From assembly GCA_965649825.1 (NCBI GenBank), contig OZ287701.1:113101-177100 (forward strand): 64,000 bases of DNA, given 5' to 3'. Position numbers and translations under genes: made by a program. Positions 23,100 through 33,920 of the stretch are shown in pieces. The first letter of the stretch is position 1. Every line of letters begins with the position of its first letter. The notes below the pieces were generated by a model, which saw only the letters and a program-made list of their open reading frames with translations, was not told the origin of the DNA and ran no database searches. This stretch comes from Penicillus capitatus. Its lineage: Eukaryota > Plantae > Chlorophyta.

Positions 23100-23282
23100 T
23101 CTCTTAGTAACCCTTACCTCGCAAATATGTGGCTGCGTGCTGTGAGTTTGTACGTTCCATTCGGATCAGCTGCCTGTCTGTGGCATATAAAAGCGCGTGC
23201 GTTACAGCCACAACGCTTTTCCTCGTTTACGTCGTTTGTCTTTGGTGCTGCCGAGCAAATCAGACAAAGAGTCTCGCTTACA

Positions 23283-23933
23283 ATGACGAAAACTTTGAAG
23301 ATCTCGTTGTTGTCTGCACTTTTTCTGCTGTTGGCGACCGTGCCAAGTTCGACGGCGAAGTGCTGCCCGACTCCTTTCAACTGCGACAGCTACACGTCGA
23401 ACTATGGTAGCCCAGTCGCCGATTCGTGCACTGCCACCTCGTTGAAAGCGGACGGATCGTGGAACCAGGTCAACACTGTCAAGTGTTGCTACGTGTTGGA
23501 CGAAGACACATGGTTTCAAGTAACGTGCGATAAAAACAAACAATGCGGTATCGGCGCAAGTATCACTGGCGACGCCAACGGTGGAATCCGGTTTAACGAA
23601 GAAAGCGTCGGCTTCTACTGGGGTGCGGAGACGAGTCATTACGGAAAGGATGAGATACCAGACGAGGATGGTTGGAACAAAAGCTTCGCCGACAGGCTGA
23701 AGGATGATACTTCCACTCCGCCGAATACTCTGGCTGTCAAGATTAACTATGTGAATAGTACCATTTGGTACAGGCAATCGGGCAAGGCGCCTATCGACTT
23801 CAAACTTCCATCTCCGTTTCATGGAAGACCTCTTTACGCCCATGCTCAAGTCTGGAACAGCAATTCTCTGACGCATAACAGTGGAGGTGATTGTACCTGT
23901 AATGCACTTCGGGGTGCGTTCTGGGCGACCTGA
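23283..23933 (+). CDS. secreted Cys-rich SPRY-like protein, paralogue B, 216 aa, intronless
   Basis: MTKTLKISLLSALFLLLATVPSSTAKCC...WFQV..CGIG..SVGFY..LAVKINY..TIWYR..LYAHAQVW; TATAAAAG at 23186-23193. Confidence 0.8.
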   Translation: MTKTLKISLLSALFLLLATVPSSTAKCCPTPFNCDSYTSNYGSPVADSCTATSLKADGSWNQVNTVKCCYVLDEDTWFQVTCDKNKQCGIGASITGDANGGIRFNEESVGFYWGAETSHYGKDEIPDEDGWNKSFADRLKDDTSTPPNTLAVKINYVNSTIWYRQSGKAPIDFKLPSPFHGRPLYAHAQVWNSNSLTHNSGGDCTCNALRGAFWAT

Positions 23934-26468
23934 ATTCAAAATTGAATTCTGTTTCGGGGGGTTACCAATTTGCAAACACGGAGGTTGTTGTTTTTTCGTT
24001 TGTGGACACGGTAGCCACGCATCGGCGTTTTCCTGGATCGTTGCGTTTGCCTGTTCACTCGGCCATGAATTTTGAAACCAAAGGGGTTTTGCTCAATCAG
24101 TCGCACGATGGTCTACTGCACTGCAAGGTTTGGCGATCGCCATTTTGTGTGTGGACACGGGACGAACATATGGGCGATTCCATGAACCGTATTTCGTCTC
24201 TCTTGTTCACTCGGCCATGAAACAATCTGGAACATTTCCATTGCGATTATGTTGTCGAACTGTGTAATGCTCAGCATCGTTGTGGACTAAAATTCTAACT
24301 CTCGTATCAAACACGGCATCAACAGACTTCGCGCTCGCTCTATGCGTTCAGTTCGTCTTCCGAGGGTTGTCAGATCATGCCTGGTAGGTATTGTCGCGTT
24401 GTCTGTTACGCCGATCTCTTTGGAGAGTGTTTTATCACAAAGATCAATACCTTTTTGGTGGCAAATAGAAAGATTCGTTTACGAATTGGGAAGAGAGCTG
24501 AATTGACTGAGGCAACGACTAGATTCTGATCATCGCCTTGGTAAACAATGTTTAAGTGGACAACATCCACAGAGACTGCCACATCTGTTTGATCACTACA
24601 AATGTAGTTTGTCGAAAAGCGTCTGTCTCGGCGCTCTCAGAACTGACCTGCCTCGTCTGACGTCACATAAGTTTCACATATTCAAAACCATTCTGTACAC
24701 AATGGCCTTTTCTAGAGCCTTTCACGACAAGCCTGCGGTCTGTGGCATGCCGGAGAAAAAAACAGAACGTCGGCAAGCAAATTGGTCATCTCAGGGCAGC
24801 TTTTTAAGACGGGCAAAGTGTATGATTATGGCTGGGATCACACGAGAAGCTCTGTCTGCAAAGTTTAATAGGTCTGTCTATCACTGTGGATGTCTTGTGC
24901 TCGATCTCAGGATGCTGCCGATAAGTTGTCCACGTTGATTGTTTCTTCTTCCATCCGCCACGGAATCCCTCACCTATGCCCTTTGCAGAGAGTCTTCTCG
25001 CATATCCAGAAAAGAATGCTGGAGTACCTTGACAGCACGGTGTTGGAAGGAGAAGCCGCCCTCTATTCGATCTTTTTTGTCCATATAGATGAACTGCGTC
25101 GACGTTTGAACGGCAAAGGGCGTTCTTTCTTCATCATCGATTCCGAGAATCGCGCCACGCAGGCATGTGGCCAGAGAGGACAGCAGTCGAAGCGAATCGA
25201 TGTGTGAGATGACAAGACAGCTTATCGCAGATTGTACTAACTCCTGGCAGCCTCATCGTCATACGAGTCTTGGTGAAAGATCCAGTCTGAGAAGTCGAAC
25301 AAGTCTTCCGAAACGCCGGGCTTTTTAGGAACTTTCAACGGGAGTTCTCGTTGTTGCTCCTCTCGAAGAAGACGTGGCTTCAGAGCTAGCCAAATCAAGT
25401 AGTCGAAGGAGAGAAACATCCCGAGCCGAATTCAGATGCATCACGTGCAAGCGACGACGAGCCGGCCGACAAACATAACGCATGCACGGATGAAGTCCAT
25501 GCCAGAATCAACAGATGAAGAGCACGCTGAAATAGAGGCATTGATCCAGAAGAGAGATAGCAACCCAGGATTTCCGATCAAATTCTAAATGAATACACAG
25601 AATTTCATATTCAAACGGGAATGGGACGGCTCCGACAGAGGCATCGATTAAAAAGATAAACGTAGCACTATCACAATACAAAAAATGTTACAAACGACAC
25701 GGCATGCATTTTGCTTAAACTATAGCAAACCTTTTTTAGGATGTGCTCCGACGCAATCGAACAACAAACGCGTTGACAGACAACAAGACTTGACTTGTCG
25801 TTTCTGTAGTCGGTTCTCTGAAATCTGTTTCCATCTGTTTTTGGAAAGAACCTAGTTGCACTTAAACAACTTGATTCAAGGATAGGATCTCGATGAGGTT
25901 AATTTTCATATCGATCTCGAAATATTTGGGACTTGGTGTATGTCGCACCAGCGCCTCTCGACTCCGTTCGATACAGTGTAGATGACGTTTTCATCACACC
26001 AGATGCACTTCACTCAGTGGTACATGAGAGAAGATTGCTAAGCACCACAGTTCATAGACTCCTTCATGATCTTCACAAATGCGGGCCTGGCATCAGCACT
26101 GCTCTAGTCAATCGCTGGTAGCATTCACTACGGCAGATGATGCCTTCCCCTTTCGCGGAATCGTCCATTTAGGCAGACTCATCGGGGAATGTCTCCATCT
26201 GTTCTTCATGTTGGATGATTGACTCCACAGGATAGCATCCATAACGAGTTCATCGCCCGCCGAGACGCCACGGGAGTCAGGTGATGGTCGGCGCCTTCAA
26301 AGCCGCTGTGCAGTGCAGACGTCTCGTTTCTACGCCTTGTCTCAACCGACAAGGTAGGCGGAATTGCGTACAGCCTTTCGAGGAAAAGCAAAACGTCTTG
26401 TCGGGTCGATCAGCAGCGGCGACACGTAGAGTACGCAACAGTCGTCACATCAAAACGATAGATATCTA

Positions 26469-27869
26469 TTACGATCCATCATCGACGGGTTCGATCCAAC
26501 CGTAAGGATCGTTGACACTCTCGTTCTGCAGTTGTGTAAGCCTCTCGTAGAGACGCATACCGACAGGCGTCGGTTGACCACTCTGTCCATATTCGCGACG
26601 TTGACCACGGTACGTCAAACTCCCAACCGTCGTCAACACGACGGCAGTGCCCGTCGTGAACACCTCATCCGCCTTCATGGCCTCTTCGGCCGAGATCGGC
26701 TCTTCGACGACATCGAACCCTTCATCGCGTACCATCTGTATAACGGAACGTCGCGTCACGCCCGGCAGAATCGTCCCTTGTAACGGCGGCGTCTTGATGA
26801 CGTTGCCTTGGACGACGAAGATATTGCAGGACGACACTTCTTCAAGAAAAGTGTTCTGAACAGCATCGAGGTAGACCACATCGTCATAGCCTTGACCTTT
26901 GGCTTTCATTTGCGTCAGCAAGACCTAAAGAATGAGTGAGATGAATAGAAAAGAGTGAGATGACAAAAGGGATGACTTGTGAGTAGTTTCCGGCGCATTT
27001 GGTGCTGCCCATGCCACCAGGTGCCGCTCGATGAAAACTCTCTTCGACGATGAGATCGATGGGTTTCAATTGCCCTCCCTACAAGACACGATGCTGTCTT
27101 TTCAAAAAGTGTGACCTTAGAGTACTTTAAAGTACGCGCCGACGGCGGCGCAGTAAACAACGAACGTGTACTGCGGTGCCGGTCCGAGTCCCAGAATCGG
27201 TCCGGAGCCGAGGAGGAGGGGACGGATGTACATCGATCCTTTCCCCAAAGGCGGCACCTGTTACAGCTCAGGCGCTCATATTGATGTGACAGGTCGACAG
27301 GTCTCGATGCACCATGTCTCGATTCTTCTGCACGACTTGCTTGACGGCATCGACAAAGAACGACCGCGACACTGGCAGCATGGACATACGCAGCGCCCCC
27401 TGTTCCATTCTCTCCGCATTGGCATCAGGGCGAAACAAAACGATACGACCCTTATGTGACATCTGAGCCTTCATGCCTTCAAAAATCGCCTGTCCGTAGT
27501 TAAGCACTTGAGCACTCGGCATCATCTGAAGCGGTCCATAAGGACAGAGCTCTCCACTGTAGACCCCCTGATCATCGGCCTTGGCCAAAAACATCGTCTG
27601 CAGACACCACACAGCGCCTTTCAGATATTCCAGTTGAGGCACAATCAAACAACATGTCCAACATGATCCAGACCGAATCCGAGCTTGTCCCAATCGCGTG
27701 CCGTCTCTGCCGGCGTAGCGGCGGCAGAAAGTCGACGGACAGCCGACAGCTTCTCTATAGCTTCTGTTGGACGTCGGCATCCTCGTGCCCGTCGTGTACA
27801 CTGTCGTTGACGTGGCCTGTCCACACCCAAGTCATGAGAAAGTGCTCTCGCCAAGTGGATTGGCACCAT
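26469..27869 (-). CDS. BCAT: branched-chain amino-acid aminotransferase, organellar
   Basis: LNYGQAIFEGMKA, LFRPDANAERM, YIRPLL, KCAGNY, EEVSSCNIF, ILPGVTRRS, EVFTTGTA; four introns. Confidence 0.95.
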
Positions 27870-27955
27870 AGACGTGACAGAGGTGGGTGCAGTAACGTAC
27901 GGCCCAATACGCAGCGCATCTGTCCGTTCGTTGTCGGTGGCCAGGAAGAAGCTAT

Positions 27956-28315
27956 TTGGCAGAAGTACACGTCGCAAGTCTCACGAATACAAATGTCACA
28001 TCACCGTGGCGTTGGCCGAAAGATTCCGACCGACTACGTTTTCTCCAAACCATGCACCGCTTCGATTCGTTCGATGTCACACCACCAGAGCGACCATGGA
28101 AGAAGATTTGTATGTCTGTTATACTGACCGTGATAGGGATAACCTTGCTCATTGGTGGATTTGACCTTCTCGCGGCCAAAGGCAACACGAATGGCATTGC
28201 CCTCTTGGTTCTGGGCGTCCTACTGTTGATACCTGGAAGCTATCACGTCCACATGGCTGTTCGAGCCTACCGTGGAGAACGGGGATACAGTTTTGAAGGC
28301 ATACCCGAAGTTTAG
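27956..28315 (+). CDS. TMEM230: TMEM230/UPF0414 (DUF872) two-TM protein
   Basis: PWKKICMSVIL..GITLL..LLVLGVLLLIPGSYH..AYRGERGYSFEGIP; the true start may be the downstream MHRFD. Confidence 0.75.
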   Translation: MAEVHVASLTNTNVTSPWRWPKDSDRLRFLQTMHRFDSFDVTPPERPWKKICMSVILTVIGITLLIGGFDLLAAKGNTNGIALLVLGVLLLIPGSYHVHMAVRAYRGERGYSFEGIPEV

Positions 28316-28339
28316 ACCAAACATCATGCATGCACCGCA

Positions 28340-30562
28340 TTAAACAGACGGAAATTGGCCAAAGACGGCATCCCATGTAATCTCGCCATCTGTTAGCTTT
28401 CTCAAGATGCCTGGCACATCGGCCTTGCCTAGACGGACCTGCTTCGTCGAATCTCTCTCCCTTAGTGTGACCGTCTCATCTTCCAAAACCTAAAAGACAA
28501 ATGGCGATGCGTGGAGAAAGAGTGAGATGGTTGTTGACTTGGAAATCGACAGTGATGGCGAAGGGAATGCCGATTTCGTCGGTTCGGGCATAACGCTTGC
28601 CGACAGTGGTGCCGCCTGTATCGACGAGATTGGAGACGTGGGCAGCAGTGAGGGCCTTCGATATCTGCTCGGCCACTTCATTGAGCTCTGCCTTCTGCAC
28701 CAATGAGAACACCGTTGTCTTGACGGGAGCTACCAAGGGATTGAACCCAAACACAGATCGCTGCTCATCGCCCTGAACGAACGCGTCATAGATAGTGTGA
28801 GAAATGAGTGAGAACCTCGCGAACGTAGAAGACATGCTCGAAAAGGGCATAGACAATGCGACCGATGCCAAACGATGGCTCGATGACGCTTGGGGTGATA
28901 TTGCGCCCCGTCATGCGTCGCTTTTCTTGAACGATGTCGACCATTGAGGCATCGAGTTCGAAAGATCGTCCCTCTTCTGTGATGGTCACCTTCTCGCCAG
29001 CTTCCAACGATGCCTGTCACATCACGCACTATACAGTAGGCACAGACGGCGGCGCCGCCACCTTCATCGAGAGCAGGTCTGCATCGCAGGTGGTCAGAAG
29101 GTGATCGCAGACGATCTTGGAATCGCGTTTGAATGTCTTGCCGATTTCTTTTTTGTTCGGACGTGCCTCAATCACTTCGACTTCTCTTGGCTCTGGGAAT
29201 TTCTCTAGGGCAACTAGTTCGGCACTACTCTTCTTGGAATGAGCTTTCAAATCGTAAGCGGCCCTGTCTGCCAGTCCCACACACTCGATCCATCCGTACG
29301 ACGTTTCCACTTCGCAATCCCAGCAGTCCTCAGCGTAGTGCGCCATCTCATGCTCCAGATGCTGACGAAAACGCAGTTTTGTCATATTGATGCCGATCTT
29401 TTCCATGAAGAGGTAAGTCCGGGCCATAAAGTATGCCAACGTCTCGTTTCCGATGATGCCCTTCTCGACAGCTTCCCCAAACGAAATCCGCTTCCATTTC
29501 CGCTCTTCAGATTTCTGCAGCTCCCTTGAGAAAAGCTGCGATTCCAGCTGAGCAATGGAAGCGAATTTGGGATGCGATTTGTCACTCGGATTCACAAAAT
29601 GCTCGATCTCTGCCTGGGTAAACTCTCGCACACGAATCAGTCCAGCACGTGGAGATATCTCATTCCTATACGACTGTCCAATTTGCGCCGCCGCGAACGG
29701 AAGCTTGTTGCCATTAAAGTACAGCAAATCTCTGCACGCATCCTCTCACACATATCACACAACAATCGAAGGCAGTCGTGTACTTAAAATTGATGAAGAT
29801 TCCTTGAGCCGTTTCGGGACGGAGATAGCCAACGGTATCCCCCTTTGGTCCGATGGATGTTCGGAACATGAGGTTGAAGGGAAAGGGAGGAGAGAGATCA
29901 TTCTTCGTCTCCGGCGCCTTGACATCGAATTTCTGCATGGCCTCGGACAGTTGCTCCTGCGTGAGTTCCTCGATATAAGGCATGAGCTTCTCCGCTTCTT
30001 TGTTTCCTCCTTGTATGGCCGTTTCGAGCGTTGCCTCCAGTAAATGATCGGCACGATGGCATTCCCCTGAGAAAAGTGTGAGATCATTTGGGGAGAGAAA
30101 GTGTGAGATACCGGTCTTGAGATCCGTGACCATGAAGTCGGTGAAGCGCTCGACATGACCCGAAGCTGCGAGCACAGGCTCCGGTGTGACTGCTGGGCAT
30201 TCAACCTCGAGCATCGACTCTTCCAGAATAAAATGCTTTCGCCAGAACTGCTGAATGTTTTGTTTAATGGCACAGCCAGGCGGGCCAAAGTCATAGAATC
30301 CGGCAACGCCGCCATAGATTTTGAATGAAGGCAAGAAGAAGAGCCGACGCTCGAGGACATTGGTGAGCAATGCTCGAAACGCCTCGCGGTCTTTGGGCAG
30401 AGCCATGACGCAGTTGCCCACACGATAGGGGTCACCGATCGACAAGGGACGAAATGACGAACGCCGGAATGCCGAGGAGAATGATCGAGAGACGGGCCAT
30501 ACATGCGAAGCATTAAAACACCACCTGTCAGGCACACGTACCTGCCCAACCCACTCACGCAT
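28340..30562 (-). CDS. GRS1: glycyl-tRNA synthetase (eukaryotic homodimeric type) with N-terminal extension
   Basis: IYGGVAGFYDFGPPG, ASGHVERFTD, YLRPETAQGIF, FAAAQIGQSYRNEISPR, EIEHF, IEPSFGIGRI, VGKRYARTDEIGIPFAITVDF; five introns; 5' end uncertain. Confidence 0.95.
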
Positions 30563-31689
30563 CGCCCCCTCTTACTCGACAGCATCAGGTATTCCACGCA
30601 TGCTTTGGCATCCGTTGTTCGAAATCTCACTCTATTTACATGTATAGCCATTGATGCTCATGCAGCGAAAGGTATCGGCTGCGCGTTATGACTGATGACA
30701 CTTTTCATGTGCTCTTTATGATGTGTTAAGATCGTCCACAACAGATAGGGTCTGCCGTTTGTATTCAAATTCCATCCCATCCAAATACTTTATACGGTAT
30801 CTAGGAGTGTTCACATAGATTGCATATCCACCCCCTCTGCAGATTCGCATCGCCCCATGGAAATATCTTTTCTCGTGCTATGAGCTACGGCACGGGAACA
30901 GTGTGGGTCAGGATGCGTCAACTGCCCCCTCCCGTGGCCAGTCCTCGGCAAACATTCTGTCAAAAGCATTTCTGGCATCATGCATGTCAGCTATAACCCT
31001 CTTCTAAATTCCCCTCTCCCATAACCACATCAACGGCAATATGAAACAGAAATGGCGGCTCGTACTTAACATCCAAAGCGAAGAACGATCGCGTCGTCAA
31101 ACACGCCTGTGTCATGATCGTCAAAATGAAGGCGACAGCAATGCGGTAGGATAGGAAAACGACGAGACCTGCTGACGCTTCAACCGGCATTCTATGGAAG
31201 AGATGGATGGATGGTCATGCCGACACCATGACAACAACAATAAGACCAAATAGCAAACAATACTCCCGATCGGTCGAATTGGCATGCGAATTGATAGAGG
31301 GAACGACGGACGACATATTTTCATGGCTTGAAGGTATGAAGGCCCATGGGTCAGCCTCCGTTGAAGGACGCCTAGAATTCTTTTTCCAATTCGTCATCTG
31401 TCGTCCCCCACTCCTAGGTCTGTCTAGTGCACAAAACAATACAATGACCACAACAGCATGCATCTGCCCGTGTTTATTTTTCGAAAAAATAGCTAAGCAA
31501 GCGAGAGTAGATCACAAACGGGCGCTGGTCATTCGTAGGACGCTACCACCGAGGGGAGAACAAAAACCAAAACACAAGAGCCATGCTATCTCATCGAAGA
31601 GACATGGTTGATATCTCTCACAAGATGAATGCTATAAAAAGACGTATGTATGTCACCGTCGTCACTTTCGGTGTTTAGATGCATCATCG

Positions 31690-33737
31690 TCAGGTCAGCG
31701 AAGCACTCTTGAAATCGTCTGAGCACGTAAAACGACGGGAAAATTTGTCACTGACCCGCGATCTGCGAAGATCTAAGGAATGCAGACTCGTCAGTCGTAC
31801 CAATGTCCGTGCACCACGATCGTCCATACATGTCTCCCTGAGATCCAGTGTCTTCAAACTCTGAAGCCTCGAGAGATGCTTGACGCCTCGACATCCGACT
31901 CGGGTGGTGCGCAGATCCAGACATGAGAGCTTTGAAAGATGTGTGAGATGCTGGGCGCCGTCGTTACACATATTGGGCGCCCATAGTTGCAGCGATGTCA
32001 AAGTATTGAGCGTTGAGAGATGCTTCACCCCTGCGCCCGTTGCTCGTGTCAGTCCCAGACAGGCCGTCTCCAACCGTGGCAATCTGCCGAGATACTTCAG
32101 CCCACGATCGCCGACTCGCGTCCTCGACAGATTGAGCGAACGAATCGACACGAGCGATGTCAATCGTGCCAGTCCTCTATCGGCCACGGCCGTCCCACGG
32201 AGATCCAGACTGCGCAGACAAGTGAGCTCAGCGAGACATCCCATAGCATCGTTGCCGATGACGGTCTCGCTGATGTTGAGATAGGTCAGATGGCGCAACG
32301 TTGACAGCGACTGCAGGGCTTCATCGTCCACACACGTCTTGCTGGCATCCAGCGATTTTAGCGCGCCGAGACGGGCGATGTGCTGCATACCGACATTGCC
32401 GATGTAGGTCGATGCCACGACGAGTCGCGTCAGGCTGACGAGGGCCTCCAGATGCGGCGCACCGTTGTCATTGATGTTCGTTCGTTCGAGATCCAAACTC
32501 AGCAGTTTCACAAAGCCCGTCATGCAGCGAATCCCTTTGTTCGTGATCTTCGTCCATCCCAAGTCGAGCGAGAGCAAACGGGTGAGTCCAGCGAGATGGA
32601 CCAGTGCCTGATCGGTGATGCCCGATTTGACGAAGCTCAGATGTCTGAGTCTCTGCAATCGCCGCAATCCTTCCCAACCGCGTCCCGTAATGCGCGTGTA
32701 AGCCAAATTGAGTGAGAAGAGATTCGGAAGACATGAGAGAGATGAGACGCCGATATCTGTGATGTCTGTACCGGAGAGATCGAGTGAACGGATCCAGATC
32801 AAATGCGTCAGGCATTTCATCGCGTTGTCATCCACGCCGACCATCAGATTCGACGTGGCCAGATCCAATGTCCGCAGTCTTGTCATTCCAGCAAGGTAAC
32901 GTAGACCGTCGACGGTTACCGGAACGGATCTGAGATCCAACGACGTTATTTTTTTGAGAGATGAGAGATGTTTGACGCCATCGTCGTGCACCCAGGTGTG
33001 CGCCAAATTGAGAACGGCCAATTTTTCGAGCATCGCAATCCACGAAATGCTGTCGTCGCCGATCTGTGTATGCTCCATATTGAGCGATGTCAAATTGGAC
33101 AACCTCGCCAGCTGTCGCAATTCGATGCTTCCAATCCGCGTCCCACCGACGTTCAGTGAAATGAGATTCGTGAGCTGAGCGAGATAGCTACACACCACCA
33201 CCAAAGATCGCCGTGAGCAGCAAGGACGTCAGAAGAGATCAGTCATTGCCTTATGGAGAAATCGCTGATGTGTGTGTTACTGATATCGAGTGCCGTGATG
33301 TTCTTCATAAGCAATAGATGTTCCGCATCGTCATCCTTGAGCTCACTCGCATGCAATCTAACGGTCACACCAATCTCACTCATATTAGCTGCCTTGCTGC
33401 GGCGTGGGCCTCACGTTCGGACATTTGCGAATTTTCTTGCCGTTTTCTCTATCAGCTCCGCAAACGATTTTCCAAATCGGAGTGAAAAATTCGAGAGATG
33501 GACGCGTTCCACGTGGAAGCTTATGGTCTCGCACCAGTACGTGTTCACGCAGCGCAGATGGAGTATGGTCTCCTTATCACACTTTGAGCAAATCTGCGAT
33601 ATCAAGTCGAAAGATAAGCGACCCCAGCGCGATGCCTCATCCGCCTGCACACAAGAGCGCGATGCATTCTTCCCTCGACAGGTGCCTTGACGGCCGACCG
33701 ACCGACCTCTCGAAACGAACCACTGGTCGATTCCCAT
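31690..33737 (-). CDS. F-box-like + ~20 x 24-aa leucine-rich repeat protein
   Basis: WGRLSFDLISQICSKCDKETILHLRCVNTYW (F-box-like), then regular LxxLxxLxxLxLxxTxIxDxG repeats in a 1.5-kb terminal exon; one GC-AG intron at 33188-33249. Confidence 0.85.
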
Positions 33738-33920
33738 CGGCCTCTGCTGTCGTGATAGCAGATGACCGTATCCAGAGACTCGGCAATAGACATCGCCAAA
33801 CGTTCGACGCGAAATGCGAGGTCGTGAAACGCGGTGCGTGCCACAGAGGAGCACTACGACAACAAAAAACGGTTACCCACACTGCCATGCTCTCCAAACA
33901 ACGTCCGGGCTCATCGACGG

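Larger units (their letters stand above)
21813..24732 (+). repeat. 2.9-kb inverted duplication, copy B
   Basis: Reverse complement of 1175-4097 by manual alignment; identity is patchy along the length. Confidence 0.95.

Noticed and set aside
1175-24732. The inverted repeats as terminal repeats of a giant DNA transposon (Maverick/Polinton, Pack-MULE) or viral insert
   Set aside because: The interior is ordinary intron-containing housekeeping genes. No integrase, polB, transposase or capsid was seen, and no target-site duplication flanks the outer ends.
21813-24732. Each 2.9-kb copy as a Helitron or TIR element
   Set aside because: No terminal inverted repeats. The CTAG near the outer end is followed by ~17 more homologous bases, and there is no TC 5' end or terminal hairpin.
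30650-31650. Possible small gene between GlyRS and the LRR gene
   Set aside because: Only short ORFs on both strands, with no consistent splice model or motif.
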